64,000 nucleotides of DNA from Bryobacterales bacterium. Its GTDB lineage: Bacteria; Acidobacteriota; Terriglobia; Bryobacterales; UBA6623. Numbering within the stretch: the first letter of the stretch is position 1; each line of letters begins with the position of its first letter. The stretch covers positions 4,467,767 to 4,531,766 of the forward strand of contig CBDEST010000005.1 of assembly GCA_965242625.1 (NCBI GenBank). Direction: 5' to 3'. This document shows, piece by piece, positions 8,489 through 20,200 of this stretch. Made by a program: the position numbers and the translations under genes. The notes beneath the pieces are model-generated. The model did not search any database, had not been told where the DNA came from, and worked only from the letters and a program-made list of their open reading frames with translations.

Positions 8489-10300
8489 ATGGAACGGATC
8501 GGACGCTACGAACTCGTATCCGAGCTCGGCCGCGGGGCGATGGGAGTGGTCTATCGCGCCCGCGACCCGAAGCTCGACCGCGAGCTAGCAGTCAAGACCA
8601 TCAAGCTCGGCCATCACGCCGACGCCGATGAGATCCAAGGCCTGCGCGTGCGCTTGTTCCGCGAGGCGCAGTCGGCGGGTCGCTTGTCCCATCCCGGGAT
8701 CGTCACGATCTTCGATGCCGACGAGCAGGACGGCTTGGCCTTCATCACGATGGAGTTGGTCGAGGGGACGCGGCTTTCCGATTCTCAGGTATCCAGCCTC
8801 GAGTATCCGCGCAGGGTCGCGTTCGTGAACGAACTGCTGGCAATGACCGGCTCTGCCCTCGACTACGCGCACGGTCGCGGTATCGTGCATCGGGACATCA
8901 AGCCTGCCAACATGATGCTCTCCGAGGAAGGCGTCAAAATCATGGATTTCGGTGTTGCGCGCATCGCGTCGTCGCAACTCACCCGGACCGGAACGGTGGT
9001 GGGCACGCCGAATTACATGTCTCCGGAGCAGGTCAGCGGCGCGGAGGTGGATGGGCGCTCGGACCAGTTTTCGCTCGCCATCATCGTCTACGAACTGTTG
9101 ACGGGCAAAAAGCCGTTCGAGAGCCCCAACCTCACCACGACGCTTTACAAGTTAGTCCACGAGGAACCGGAGCGACCCTGCATCCGGGAGCCGCAGATTT
9201 CGACCGACGTGGAGCGGGTCGTGCTCCGCGCGTTGGAAAAGGATCCTAGCAAGCGGTTCGAGTCCTGCTCCGCGTTCGCCTCGGCTTTTGCCGTAGCGGC
9301 GAGCATGCCCAAACAAGCCGCTGTCCGACCGGTCGCCGCAGTCGGTGGGGAGACCGTTTCGGAGGCCGATGCGACGATGCTCGATGTCCCACCAAGTCCG
9401 TTGCCGCTGCCAAGCGACCTTGCTGCGGATGGGGGTTCTCGTCGCCTGCCCGAGCCAAGCCGTCAAGCCGCCGCCGAAGCATTGCCGGACGAATCCCCAT
9501 CGGAGTCCCGCAGGATTCCGGGTCTGTCCAAGCGACCCGCGCGCTGGCCCGCGGTCATCTTCGCTTTGCTCTTGGGCGCGATCGGGGCGTTGTCGATCAT
9601 CTTGGTGCGGTATCCGGGACTGCTGGAAGACCCTCGCGCCCTCTTGAGGCTGTTGGTCGCACCATTGATAGAGAGGCTCGCGGATCCAGCCACGGAAACC
9701 AGCGGAGGCACCGGCGCGGAGGCGGCTCCGGGCGAACCCGGAGCATCGGCCGCCGTGCCTGGACAACCTTCCGGCTCACCGGATGCCCGGAATCCGGATC
9801 CAGACAGCGCAGCGGCGACCGACGCGGGCCCATCGCCGGAGAATCCGAGCGAAACGCCTGGACTTCCGCCTCGCCTAACCGTCCCGGTTACATTCGCCAG
9901 CACGGTCGAGGGAATCGTGGTAACGGTGGATGACAACCCCGCTTGGCGATGCGTCACGCCCTGTGAGCCGATGCAGCTCCCGTCAGGCGAACGTTCGGTG
10001 GTCGCGACCCGGGAGGGTTTCGGATTCCATCACCGCTCCGTCCTCGTCGGCCACGAGCCGATGAAAGTCGACCTTTGGATGGAAGCTCGATTCGCTACGC
10101 TGGTCATCGGCAGCGACCCACAGGGAGCTCAAATCCTGGTGGATGGGCGCGATACCGGCAAGGTCACGCCGGACAAGGTGTTCGTGCCGCCGGGTCAGCA
10201 CTTGATCCGCGTCGTGAAGGGCGACCTTCGCGCGAGCGGGTCTGTCGATGCAGAAGTGAGTTCCACCGCCCATCTCAGCTTCCGGCTGGGGAGCGAGTAG
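8489..10300 (+). CDS. Ser/Thr protein kinase with TM segment and C-terminal PEGA domains
   Basis: Hanks kinase motifs: [46 protein letters not shown]. These are followed by a Pro/Ala/Ser-rich linker, a TM helix ([21 protein letters not shown]) and PEGA-like repeats (..[24 protein letters not shown]..). Confidence 0.9.
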   Translation: MERIGRYELVSELGRGAMGVVYRARDPKLDRELAVKTIKLGHHADADEIQGLRVRLFREAQSAGRLSHPGIVTIFDADEQDGLAFITMELVEGTRLSDSQVSSLEYPRRVAFVNELLAMTGSALDYAHGRGIVHRDIKPANMMLSEEGVKIMDFGVARIASSQLTRTGTVVGTPNYMSPEQVSGAEVDGRSDQFSLAIIVYELLTGKKPFESPNLTTTLYKLVHEEPERPCIREPQISTDVERVVLRALEKDPSKRFESCSAFASAFAVAASMPKQAAVRPVAAVGGETVSEADATMLDVPPSPLPLPSDLAADGGSRRLPEPSRQAAAEALPDESPSESRRIPGLSKRPARWPAVIFALLLGAIGALSIILVRYPGLLEDPRALLRLLVAPLIERLADPATETSGGTGAEAAPGEPGASAAVPGQPSGSPDARNPDPDSAAATDAGPSPENPSETPGLPPRLTVPVTFASTVEGIVVTVDDNPAWRCVTPCEPMQLPSGERSVVATREGFGFHHRSVLVGHEPMKVDLWMEARFATLVIGSDPQGAQILVDGRDTGKVTPDKVFVPPGQHLIRVVKGDLRASGSVDAEVSSTAHLSFRLGSE

Positions 10301-10330
10301 CCTGCGCCACCGAAATCGGGATCCCGCCCA

Positions 10331-13126
10331 GTGCTAGACCGCATTGCAGTTCGCGGCGCGCGACAACACAATCTCCAAGGGATCGATGTGGAGATCCCGC
10401 GCAACTCGTTGACTGTCGTCACGGGCTTGAGCGGTTCGGGCAAGTCGTCGCTGGCTTTCGACACGATCTACGCGGAAGGGCAGCGCCGCTACGTCGAGAC
10501 CCTTTCGCCTTACGCCCGCCAGTTCCTGGAGCAGTTCGACCGCCCTGACGTGGACTCCATCGACGGGCTGAGTCCGGCGCTGTCGATCGAGCAAAAGACC
10601 GCCAGTCGTAGCGCGCGATCCACGGTGGGCACGGTCACCGAGGTCTACGACTACCTCCGCTTGCTCTACGCAGCGATCGGAACGCCTTTTTGCGTCAAGT
10701 GCGACAAGCTCATCGAAAAGCAGTCGGCGGAACAGATCGCGGCTCGCATCTTGGAGCGTACCGTCGGCACGAACATTTCGGTCCTAGCCCCGTGCGTGCG
10801 CGGCCGCAAGGGCGCGTATCGCGCCGAGCTCGCCAGGTACCGGCAGAAGGGATTCGTAGCCGCGCGGATTGACGGCAAGATGAGGCGCTTGGACGGTCCG
10901 CGCGACGTCACCCTCGCTCGCAACAAGGAGCACACCATCGAGGTAGTCGTCGATCGGGTGACGGTGCGGGAAGCCTCCGAGCAGAGATTGAAGAGATCCA
11001 TTCAAACGGCTTCCGAACTCGCCGACGGGCTCGTGCTGGTGATTGGGGAAGACGGCGACGAGACCTTTTACTCGGAAAAGCTGGCCTGCGTCAAGTGCGG
11101 GGCTAGCGTCCCGGAATTCGAGCCGCGGTCGTTCTCGTTCAACAGTCGTTACGGAGCCTGCGAGACGTGCGGCGGCCTCGGGGTCCAATGGGAGTTCGAC
11201 ATCGACAAGCTGATCACGGCTCCATACAGGCCGCTCGAGGACTGCGGATGGCCGCGACTCTCTGGATTCCGACGTCCGCTCGAGGTCGCGGTGAGGTATG
11301 CGCGTTTCTATAAGATCAGCTTGAAACCGCCGTGGAATGACCTGCCAGGCGACGTGCGGGGCTGGCTGCTCCATGGCTCCCGCCTGAGCGGGGCGAGGCG
11401 CACCGCGCCTCGCACTTCTGAGTTCTACGGACTGCTCCCGATGCTTGAGCGCGAACTCGGGCTCTCGATGGGGCGACCGCCTTCGAAGAACGTGCAGCCG
11501 TATATGTCTTCGCACGACTGTTCCGCATGCCATGGGAGCCGTTTGAAGCCCGAGTCCTTGGGCGTGCGCGTGGCCGGTCTCTCGATCACTCAGATGACGC
11601 ACTTCACGCTGTCCAAGCTCGGCGAGCGGATCCGGGGAGTGTATGTGGACGAACGCAAGCAGGGCGTGGCAGAGAGCATCCTTCACGAGATTCGTGACCG
11701 CGTCGACTTCCTTGCGACGGTCGGGCTCGGCTACCTCACTCTCGACCGCCCGACGGGCACCCTCTCCGGCGGCGAGGCCCAGCGAGTCCGGCTGGCCACC
11801 CAGATCGGCACGCGCCTGAGGGGCGTGCTGTACGTGCTGGACGAGCCGTCGATCGGATTGCACTCCCGCGATCACGGTCGGTTGCTCGATGCGCTGATGA
11901 ATCTCCGCGACCTCGGCAACACGGTGCTCGTTGTAGAGCACGACCAACTGACCATGGAGCGGGCCGATCACGTCGTGGACCTCGGTCCCGGAGCGGGGCG
12001 CCTGGGCGGCAAGCTCGTCGCGACCGGCAAGCCGGCGGAGATCGGCGCTGTCGACGGCTCGCTGACCGGCGACTACCTCGCCGGTCGCAGGGTGGCCTTT
12101 GTCGAATCGACGCAGGAACGGTCGAACGGCAAGGGGATCGTGGTGCGGGGCGCCCGCCAGCACAACCTGAAGAACATCGACGTGACTTTCCCGCTGGGGC
12201 ATCTTTGCGTGGTCACGGGCGTATCGGGCAGCGGCAAGTCGACTCTCGTGAATGGAATCCTGTACCCCGCGCTTGCCTTGCAGGTCGGTCGGGCCGAGAT
12301 ATCTCCCGGGGCGCACGATGCGATCGAGGGGCTCGCGCTGATCGACAAGGTGGTGCGCATCGATCAATCGCCGATCGGGCGCACCCCGCGGTCCACGCCG
12401 GCGACCTACGTCGGAGTCTTCACGCCGATTCGGGACTTGTTCGCGATGCTGCCGGAGGCCCGCGCCCGCGGATACCCCGTCGGCCGTTTCAGCTTCAATG
12501 TCTACGGCGGCCGTTGCGACGAGTGTTTCGGAGACGGGATCAAGCGCATCGAAATGAGCTTCATGCCCGATGTCTTCGTCGACTGCGAGGAGTGCGGGGG
12601 AAGGCGCTACAACCGCGAGACGCTCCAAGTCAAGTACAAGGGCCATTCGATCGCGGACATCTTGGAAGCCCCGGTGGAGCAGGCGCTCGAGATCATGCAT
12701 AACCTGCCGAGTGTGAGCAAGAAACTGCAGACTTTGGTCGATGTTGGACTCGGTTACATTCAACTGGGTCAATCCTCGACGACAATTTCCGGCGGCGAGG
12801 CGCAGCGCATGAAGCTGGCGCGAGAACTCAGCAAGCGTCAAGCCGGCAAGACCGTGTACATCCTTGACGAGCCCACCACCGGATTGCACTTTGACGATAT
12901 CCGCAAGCTGCTCCTAGTGCTCCAACGCTTGGTCGACTGCGGCAACACGGTCATCGTGATCGAACACCAAACGGACGTGATCCGCTCGGCGGACTGGTTG
13001 ATCGACTTGGGCCCGGAGGGCGGCGATGCGGGCGGCCGCGTTGTCTGCGCCGGACCTCCCCGGGAGGTAGCCGCCGTGGCGGAGAGCCACACCGGCCAAG
13101 CCTTGCGAGCGATGGGCGTGCAGTGA
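10331..13126 (+). CDS. uvrA: excinuclease ABC subunit A
   Basis: 931 aa. GTG start. The N-terminus [52 protein letters not shown] is diagnostic. There is a second ABC module ([11 protein letters not shown]), two LSGGEAQR signatures, and zinc-finger Cys pairs ([25 protein letters not shown]). Confidence 0.97.
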   Translation: MLDRIAVRGARQHNLQGIDVEIPRNSLTVVTGLSGSGKSSLAFDTIYAEGQRRYVETLSPYARQFLEQFDRPDVDSIDGLSPALSIEQKTASRSARSTVGTVTEVYDYLRLLYAAIGTPFCVKCDKLIEKQSAEQIAARILERTVGTNISVLAPCVRGRKGAYRAELARYRQKGFVAARIDGKMRRLDGPRDVTLARNKEHTIEVVVDRVTVREASEQRLKRSIQTASELADGLVLVIGEDGDETFYSEKLACVKCGASVPEFEPRSFSFNSRYGACETCGGLGVQWEFDIDKLITAPYRPLEDCGWPRLSGFRRPLEVAVRYARFYKISLKPPWNDLPGDVRGWLLHGSRLSGARRTAPRTSEFYGLLPMLERELGLSMGRPPSKNVQPYMSSHDCSACHGSRLKPESLGVRVAGLSITQMTHFTLSKLGERIRGVYVDERKQGVAESILHEIRDRVDFLATVGLGYLTLDRPTGTLSGGEAQRVRLATQIGTRLRGVLYVLDEPSIGLHSRDHGRLLDALMNLRDLGNTVLVVEHDQLTMERADHVVDLGPGAGRLGGKLVATGKPAEIGAVDGSLTGDYLAGRRVAFVESTQERSNGKGIVVRGARQHNLKNIDVTFPLGHLCVVTGVSGSGKSTLVNGILYPALALQVGRAEISPGAHDAIEGLALIDKVVRIDQSPIGRTPRSTPATYVGVFTPIRDLFAMLPEARARGYPVGRFSFNVYGGRCDECFGDGIKRIEMSFMPDVFVDCEECGGRRYNRETLQVKYKGHSIADILEAPVEQALEIMHNLPSVSKKLQTLVDVGLGYIQLGQSSTTISGGEAQRMKLARELSKRQAGKTVYILDEPTTGLHFDDIRKLLLVLQRLVDCGNTVIVIEHQTDVIRSADWLIDLGPEGGDAGGRVVCAGPPREVAAVAESHTGQALRAMGVQ

Positions 13127-13917
13127 CGGACCCCCTGCACATTACTGCCCCCCCGGAGGGGGACGATTGGCCGGACGACGAGCCCGAACCGCAGCGCAGA
13201 CCCCCGCACTGGGCGTATCAGGAAATCTTCTTGCTCGGGGCGATTACGGTCGCGGCTCAGATGGCGGTGGCAGGGGCCGCGATACAGATCGTCTCCAGAG
13301 TCACAGGCGGCGGGGAAGCGGCTGCGCTCGAGGCATTGCGGGGGGATCCGTTGGTCGCCGTACCGGTGCAGACGCTCGCTTGGCTGCCGAGTCTCGCCTT
13401 CATCGCATATATCGTGACGAGGCAGTACGGCCAGTCACTCGCGGACGGCTTGGCGTGGGCGCGTCTCCCCCGGCCAGCCACCACGTATGTGCGCATCGGG
13501 GTGCTACTCGCCATCGGCTCTACGCTGCTCGCCATCGCCTTCGGTGATCCCAGCCAGCCAAACCCTATGCAGGAGCTATTTGCCCGGCGCGAGAGCTTGT
13601 GGCTGCTAGCTACGTTCGGCATCCTCGTCGCTCCGCTGATCGAGGAAATAGTGTTTCGAGGATTCCTGTACAGTGCGCTGGAACACCGGCACAACAGCGC
13701 GGTCGCTCTCGTCGCCTCGACCGTCGTCTTCGCCCTTCTGCACGGTGCGCAATACGGTTGGCAGCTGCCGCAACTCAGCGTTCTGGCCGCGGTCGGCTGC
13801 GCGTTCGGGGTCGTCCGGATGCATACCGGTTCGACCAAGGCCTCGACTATCGTCCACGCCGCTTACAACGGGCTGGTGTTTCTGTTCCTCGTTTCGCTGC
13901 CCGAGGGCCTCGTCTAG
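13123..13917 (+). CDS. CPBP family intramembrane glutamic endopeptidase (CAAX protease-like)
   Basis: Motifs LIEEIVFRGFLY, FALLHGAQY and HAAYNG lie in a polytopic membrane protein. The GTG start overlaps the uvrA stop (GTGA at 13123-13126). Confidence 0.8.
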   Translation: MTDPLHITAPPEGDDWPDDEPEPQRRPPHWAYQEIFLLGAITVAAQMAVAGAAIQIVSRVTGGGEAAALEALRGDPLVAVPVQTLAWLPSLAFIAYIVTRQYGQSLADGLAWARLPRPATTYVRIGVLLAIGSTLLAIAFGDPSQPNPMQELFARRESLWLLATFGILVAPLIEEIVFRGFLYSALEHRHNSAVALVASTVVFALLHGAQYGWQLPQLSVLAAVGCAFGVVRMHTGSTKASTIVHAAYNGLVFLFLVSLPEGLV

Positions 13918-13950
13918 ACTCGGAGGTGTGGAGAGCATCAGTCTCCGTGA

Positions 13951-15012
13951 ATGCAGCCCATGGTGAAGACTATCGAATGGACCGCCGCCGGCGTCGTCAT
14001 GATCGACCAGACGAAGTTGCCGGCGGAAGAGACGTACGTGACTTGTCGGGATTACCGGGAAGTGGCGGAAGCGATCAAGGACATGGTCATTCGCGGCGCG
14101 CCGGCAATCGGCTGCGCGGCGGCGATGGGCGTCGCGATCGGTGTGCTGCAGGCCCCCGACGAAGACATTGATGCCCAGATTGAAGAGATTTGCAAGACCT
14201 TGGCAGGTACGCGACCGACTGCGGTGAATCTCTTCTGGGCGATCGACCGCATGCGAGCGTTGTACGGTCGGTTGCGCGAGCAGGGTGTTGCCTTGAACGA
14301 GATTCGGGAGACCCTCGTCGGCGAGGCGCAGAAGATTCTGGATGCAGACATCGCATGCAACCGGACCATGGGCCGCCATGGCTCCGCTCTCCTGCCCGCC
14401 AGCGGAACGGTCATGACGCACTGCAATGCCGGAGCCTTGGCCACCGGCGGGTACGGGACCGCCTTGGGCGTGATCCGCGCGGCTGTGGAGAGCGGCCGCG
14501 CCGTGGACGTTCTGGCTAACGAGACGCGTCCCTTCATGCAGGGTTCGCGCCTGACCGTCTGGGAACTGCAGCAAGACGATATACCGGTCACGTTACTCAC
14601 CGACAACATGGCTGGCCACATGATGCAGCAGGGAAAGGTCCACGCGGTCGTCGTGGGCGCGGACCGGATCGCTTCCAACGGGGACGTCGCCAACAAGATC
14701 GGCACTTACTCGGTCGCCGTCCTAGCCAAGGAGAACGGCATTCCGTTCTATGTCGCCGCGCCGACATCCACCATCGATCCGGCCCTTGCGAGCGGTTCCG
14801 AGATCCCTATCGAGGAGCGATCGGCAGAGGAGGTCACCCAGATTCGCGGCCAGCAGATCGCTCCTCCGGAGACCACCGTCTGCAATCCGGCTTTCGATGT
14901 CACGCCGAGTCGGTACGTGACGGCGATCATCACCGAGAACGGAGTCGCGGGTCCGCCATACGGGCCGTCGCTAGCGGCATTGCTCGACGGCACGCACGAG
15001 TCGGTAGCGTGA
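13951..15012 (+). CDS. mtnA: S-methyl-5-thioribose-1-phosphate isomerase
   Basis: Typical MtnA/eIF-2B-related sequence: [97 protein letters not shown]. Confidence 0.9.
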   Translation: MQPMVKTIEWTAAGVVMIDQTKLPAEETYVTCRDYREVAEAIKDMVIRGAPAIGCAAAMGVAIGVLQAPDEDIDAQIEEICKTLAGTRPTAVNLFWAIDRMRALYGRLREQGVALNEIRETLVGEAQKILDADIACNRTMGRHGSALLPASGTVMTHCNAGALATGGYGTALGVIRAAVESGRAVDVLANETRPFMQGSRLTVWELQQDDIPVTLLTDNMAGHMMQQGKVHAVVVGADRIASNGDVANKIGTYSVAVLAKENGIPFYVAAPTSTIDPALASGSEIPIEERSAEEVTQIRGQQIAPPETTVCNPAFDVTPSRYVTAIITENGVAGPPYGPSLAALLDGTHESVA

Positions 15013-15269
15013 AGTTCTCGGAATTGCTGGCAGACGTCATCGGCAGCGCGGAAATCCCATTGCGCTTCGAGCCTGGAGCGGAGGAAGCGATCGCAGAGCC
15101 TTTGACCTCACTCTTGAAGGCGTGGGTAGCGATGCACGATCCGGAAGACCCCAGTGACGACTTCGACTACGGACAGAGGGCGCTGGTCGTCAGGCTACTC
15201 GAGGAATTGGAGGATATCCACGATATCCCGGTCGAAGAGGAATCCGAGGAGGGCGGGGAACTTGAGTGA
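15009..15269 (+). CDS. small, highly acidic hypothetical protein
   Basis: 86 aa, rich in Asp/Glu (C-terminal [14 protein letters not shown]). The GTG start overlaps the mtnA stop (GTGA at 15009-15012), suggesting translational coupling. No recognisable family. Confidence 0.55.
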   Translation: MKFSELLADVIGSAEIPLRFEPGAEEAIAEPLTSLLKAWVAMHDPEDPSDDFDYGQRALVVRLLEELEDIHDIPVEEESEEGGELE

Positions 15270-15488
15270 GCGCTGCTCCGCGCAGCCCCGACTCCCCTGA
15301 CCGTGATCCCGAAGTCGACGAATCGTCTTCGCGGGTTACCATAGAAGCGACCGTCAAGACTGTGCGGGAACACGGTGTGCGGCGGGTCCGGGTCTATCCG
15401 CAATCGACGTTCGTCCTTGGATAAGTCATCTGGCCCCCGGGAACTCCGGCTAAGCGAGTTCCGTCAACTAGCCACGGAAGGGATTCTC

Positions 15489-16793
15489 ATGGAGCGTAGA
15501 TCGTTTGTCGCCGCCTCGGCGGCGCTGACCTCGATAGCGGCGACGGCGCGAGGCCAATCGAGTCAGGACAAGATCCGCCTCGGCGTGATCGGATGCGGCC
15601 GTCGCGGCCGGAACAACCTGCGATCGATCCTGAAACTGTCCGACGACATCGAAGTCGTCGCTCTCAGCGAAGTCTACAAGCCGAATCTCGAACTCACCCT
15701 CGCCATGGTGCCCGGAGCCAAGATCTATCCGGATTTCCGCGAGCTGATCGCCGCCGAAGACATCGACGCGGTCTTGATCGCGACTCCGGATCACTGGCAT
15801 GCCTACATGTCCGTCGAGGCTTGCAAAGCCGGCAAGGACGTGTACGTGGAGAAGCCGATCTCGGTGACCGTTCACGAGGGGCAGATGATGGTCAAGGCCG
15901 CCCGCAAGTACGACCGCGTGGTCCAAGTTGGCACCCAGCAGCGATCCGGCAAGCACTTCCGAGAGGCCAAGGACATCGTGCAAAGCGGGCGCTTGGGAAC
16001 GATCAGCTTCGTTCGCACGTGGAACTACGCCAACATGTATCCGCAAGGCATCGGGGAGCCTCCCGACACCGACCCTCCAGCCGATCTCGACTGGGACATG
16101 TGGCTCGGTCCGGCGCCCGCCCGGCAGTTCAACAAGAACCGTTTCGGCGTCAACCCCTATCAATTCGCCCACTTCCGGTGGTTCTGGGACTATGCCGGCG
16201 GGATGATGACCGACTGGGGCATCCACCTTCTCGACATCGTGCTCTGGGCGATGGCGGAGCAGGGGCCGCGAACCATCTCCACGTTCGGAGGCAAGTACGC
16301 GCTGATCGACAATCGCGAGACCCCGGACACGATCATGGCAAGCTACGAGTTTCCGACGTTCGTCTGCACGTACGAAAACCGGGTTGCGAACGCTTACACG
16401 GGAGGACTCCCGGGATACGGAATCTCGTTCCATGGCACCGAGGGGACGCTGTATGTCAATCGGAGCTACTGGGAAATCACACCCGAGACGCGTCGGTACC
16501 GGGAACCCGAGCCGCGCACCGAAAAGCGGATGGAGGCCGCCCGCGGGCGGGCGAGCAACCCCAGTACCGACGACCACTGGCGGGACTTCATCGCCGCGAT
16601 CCGCAATCGTACGAAGCCGATCTGCGATATCGAGATCGGCCACAAGTCCACCGCGATGGCGTTGCTCGGGAACGTCTCAATGCGGAGCAGGCAGATGGTC
16701 GACTGGGATCCCGTCGCGGAGACCACCAACAACAAGGAAGCGCAGACGTACCTGCGGCGGGAATACCGCCCGCCGTGGAAGCTGGAGATATAG
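15489..16793 (+). CDS. Gfo/Idh/MocA family oxidoreductase with Tat signal
   Basis: ORF 15375..16793 is trimmed to ATG 15489, which gives the twin-arginine signal MERRSFVAASAALTSIAATARG. This is followed by the Rossmann start IRLGVIGCGRRG and family motifs (ATPDHWHA, KDVYVEKP). An AAGGGA lies upstream of the ATG. Confidence 0.9.
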   Translation: MERRSFVAASAALTSIAATARGQSSQDKIRLGVIGCGRRGRNNLRSILKLSDDIEVVALSEVYKPNLELTLAMVPGAKIYPDFRELIAAEDIDAVLIATPDHWHAYMSVEACKAGKDVYVEKPISVTVHEGQMMVKAARKYDRVVQVGTQQRSGKHFREAKDIVQSGRLGTISFVRTWNYANMYPQGIGEPPDTDPPADLDWDMWLGPAPARQFNKNRFGVNPYQFAHFRWFWDYAGGMMTDWGIHLLDIVLWAMAEQGPRTISTFGGKYALIDNRETPDTIMASYEFPTFVCTYENRVANAYTGGLPGYGISFHGTEGTLYVNRSYWEITPETRRYREPEPRTEKRMEAARGRASNPSTDDHWRDFIAAIRNRTKPICDIEIGHKSTAMALLGNVSMRSRQMVDWDPVAETTNNKEAQTYLRREYRPPWKLEI

Positions 16794-17030
16794 GCGCACC
16801 CGCGATCAGGTCGCTCGCATCGGAAGGTTCGGGTGCGTTGGGGACCGGTCGATGCCGGATCGCTGGAAATCGCGCCTGCACGTGTGAACCAAGGCATCAA
16901 GCCCGTGGCATGCTCCGGCGGTGCCGGTTTGCGAACAGTGTCGGTTGAGGCCGAATCGGATGCCTCAAGTGATCTCGCCGAATCGGGACTGAACGGTGGC
17001 TGTGGCGCCCTTTGGCCCAAGTTGAGAAAA

Positions 17031-17059
17031 CGCACATAAACCAATGCAATGAAAAGGTT
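17031..17059 (+). promoter_or_regulatory. sigma70-like promoter candidate upstream of the TonB-dependent receptor gene
   Basis: TTGAGA (17031-17036), a 17-nt spacer, then TGCAAT (17054-17059), all inside the only AT-rich patch of the 500-nt intergenic region. It would give a ~230-nt leader. This is a pattern match only. Confidence 0.2.
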
Positions 17060-17294
17060 TACGCCGACACCATCGAATCCAATGCCCGATCTTGCAGCGG
17101 ATCACCCCGGTATTGGAGCGGATCGTTACGAAGGTCTGGGACTTCGATTGACCAAGCTCGCCTTCGAGTTTGCCTACGGGGCTCCGAAAGTGTCAGAATC
17201 GAGAATGGAAGTCGTCTCAACTCCGGGGCTGACCGCTGGGGGCAAGGTGCGAATTTCTCCACTCACGGCTTCGGGGAATCGTGTATGTCGTGCG

Positions 17295-20200
17295 ATGCGC
17301 ATGTGCGCGGCAGCAGGCTTGCTCGTCGTGGCAGCCACGACCGTGCCCCAAGTGGCACACGCTCAGTTTGACGCCAACTTCGGGCGCGTCGTGGGCTCCG
17401 TTACCGGCCCGGATGGATTCGCCATTCCCGAGGTCGAGGTCTCGGTTTCCAGTGTCGACACTGGAGTGCTCCGCACCGTCCGGACCGATGCCGAGGGATG
17501 GTATCAAGCGGTCTCCCTGAAGCCGGGCGAGTACACCGTAGCCGCCTCAAGCGAAGGATTCGGCATGAGCGTGACCGACGGTGTCATTGTCGGTGTCGGA
17601 GCGGCGGTTCGCGTTGACGTAGCGCTTGCCTTGGAAGCGATCCGTACGACGACCGAGGTCACGGCCTCGCTGCTCGACGCGATGCTGCCAGCGGCCAGCA
17701 ACTTGGTGGCTGAGCGAACGTTCAACGAACTTCCGATCAACGGTAGGCGCTTTCATGACTTCGCGTTGCTCACGCCGACAGCGCAAGTAGCTCGGGCGTC
17801 AGGGCAACTCTCACTCGGAGCGCAACGCGGCATCTACACCAACGTGACGGTGGACGGCGCCGACTACAACCAATCCTTTTTCGGCGGCATCCAAGGCGGG
17901 GAACGCGCGAATTCGGCGCCGACCGTCCCGCAGAGCGCGATCCAAGAGTTCCAGACCACGACCGCCGGATTCACCGCGGAATACGGTCGCACTACGTCAG
18001 GCGTGGTCAACGTGTCGACAAAGTCCGGTGCTAACGAGGTTCACGGGGACCTCTTCTATCAGATCCGCCACCCTCGGTTCGGCCGGGAGGATCCGTTCGG
18101 AGCGAAAGTGCTCGAGAAGCTGCAGCAGTTCGGCGGCTCCGCTGGCGGGCCGTTGCAACGCGACCGCGCCTTCTGGTTCTTCGCTGTGGAGCGGCAGCTG
18201 TCGCTGAGCCCGCGCTACGTCGAATTTCCGGCGCTCGGCCAGAGCGACCGTGAGCGTGGATCGGAGGCCTTCGACTACTTCAAGAGCTTGGAAGAGCCGT
18301 TCGAGACCACGAACAACGCGTGGGCGCTTACCCCGCGGGTGGACTACCAGTTCTCCGGCGGCAGCCAGTTGATGGTTCGCTACAACTACAGCCGATCCGT
18401 TGCTGACAACACGACCAGCGTCGGGGAATCCCGGGATCCCCGCACGACCAGCGCCCTCAGCAACAACGGATCCGAGGGCGATGTCATCCACTTCCTGACG
18501 AGCCAGTTGACGACCTTGGCCGGCCCGAGCGTCGTCAACCGTCTGCGCTTCACCTTCACGCGCGAGCACCGTCCGCGAATCGCCAACAGGCGGCAACCGA
18601 CGGTGGTCTCGTCAGCGGTGGGCCAATTCGGGTCGAACATCCAGCTTCCGGCGAATTCGTACGACGCCCGGCCGGTCGTCAGCAACAACCTCATGTGGCA
18701 CGTGGGATCGCATGACGTCAAGTTGGGCGGCGAGTTGAACGGGGTCTGGATCGACGATCAATTCGGATTCTTCCAACACGGCATGTTCGAGGTCTTCAGC
18801 GGCGACCCGAACGAGGTCTTGGACATCCTTTCGCCGGGCGGGTCGATCCCGAATCGATTTGACGCGCCGGGAATCTACCTGCGTCAGGTCGGCAACACGC
18901 TCGGCACCCAGCAGCTCGCGCACGGCTCGCTCTACGCCCAGGATTCGTGGCGTGTGACTCCCGAGCTAACGCTCGATCTAGGGTTCCGGTGGGAGGGACA
19001 GTTCAATCAGGAGCCGTTAATCGGGAACCAAGCCTTGGTACGGCGTGTTCAAGACGCCACGTTCCCATCGGGAAGGCTGGATCCTACCTACCTTGCCGAC
19101 TCGGTGCGCCAGTTCATGCCGCGTCTCGGCTTCGCTTACAGCCCGCAGGGCATGGCTCGGCGATTGGTCGTGCGCGGCAGCTTCGGCATCTTCCATGCCA
19201 TCACGCCGCCCGTATTCTTCAACAGGCCGACGAAGGCTTTCCGCGAGACTCCGTTCGACCTCACCGTAGCGGTCGTAGGAACGCCGGGGAACAGCGTTTA
19301 CCAGCAATTCCTCAATGCGGGAATCGACCTGAACCAGTATCCACTGGGCGAGATCCCGGTCTTTCCGAACAACGATATCGCGCGTGTGCTCGGAGGGGAT
19401 GTCTACTTGGGCTCCGAGCCCCATGTCGTGCATCCCGATTTCCAGAATCCGCGTTCCTTGAAGTACAGTCTCGCCTTGGAGTCGGGCTTGACCAGCAACA
19501 CCGTGGCCGGCTTGCAATGGATGTACCAACGGACCACGCGCCTCCACGGGCTGCGCGACTTCAATCTCCCCGTATCAGCCGTCAGGCCCGACGACCCTGC
19601 CGGGATCCGTTACTACGACGTCTCGAATCGTCCTGCTCCCGAACTCGGCGCCTTGGTCGTCACCGAGTCGCGTGGCCGCGCCAGCTACCAAGGGCTGACA
19701 GCGAACTGGAAGTACCTCGGCCAGCGCGTGCAGCTAGTGGGCCATTACACGTTCGCCCGGGCGTTCAACAGCGACATCAACGAGCGGTTGTTCTGGTTTC
19801 CCCTGTACACCGATCAGGGCCAGCCAGAAGCATGGGGACCGGCGGATCTCGACATGAGACATCAAGTGACCGGGCATGCTGTCGCTAGGTTGCCTGGCGG
19901 AATCGTGGGATCCGCGATTCTACGCATGGCGAGCGCGCCGCCGCTCGATCCAGCCGCGGGCTCGGATCTCAACGGGGATCGACATAGCTTCGACCGCGCG
20001 TTGCAGTCGACCGGTCAGTACTTCGGCCGCAACTCCTTCCGGAATCGGCCCATGCGAAATTTGGACATCCGCATCCTCCGGGAATTCTCGCTGTCCGATT
20101 CCAGACGACTGGAAGCCTCGGTCGAACTATTCAACGCGCTCAACATCGACAATGTCGAGTTCAGCGGTTTCAACACGATCTACGGACCGGGACTGGACTT

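Noticed and set aside
10784-12889. A 701-aa ORF antisense to uvrA. Similar long antisense or off-frame ORFs occur at 345..1736, 2392..3273, 15468..16643, 15593..16948, 36942..37991, 48324..49406, 52011..53894, 53952..55268 and 62552..63385.
   Set aside because: All overlap genes with unmistakable family motifs. Their translations are Arg/Gly/Pro/His-rich low-complexity strings. Long open antisense frames are expected in a ~64% GC genome because stop codons are AT-rich.
17060-17294. A cobalamin or other known riboswitch in the leader of the TonB-dependent receptor gene.
   Set aside because: There is no B12 box (GCCACTG-type core), and I could recognise no other aptamer core. Only the unexplained long leader is reported.
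17049-17294. N-terminal in-frame extensions offered by the ORF track: the TonB receptor from 17049, sulfatase from 1795, AGCS from 58430, Gfo/Idh/MocA from 15375 and 24549, MocA-like from 39746, and receptor 2 from 46791.
   Set aside because: In each case an internal start gives a proper signal peptide or family N-terminus and removes the overlap with the neighbouring gene. The extensions are Arg/Ser/Pro-rich.
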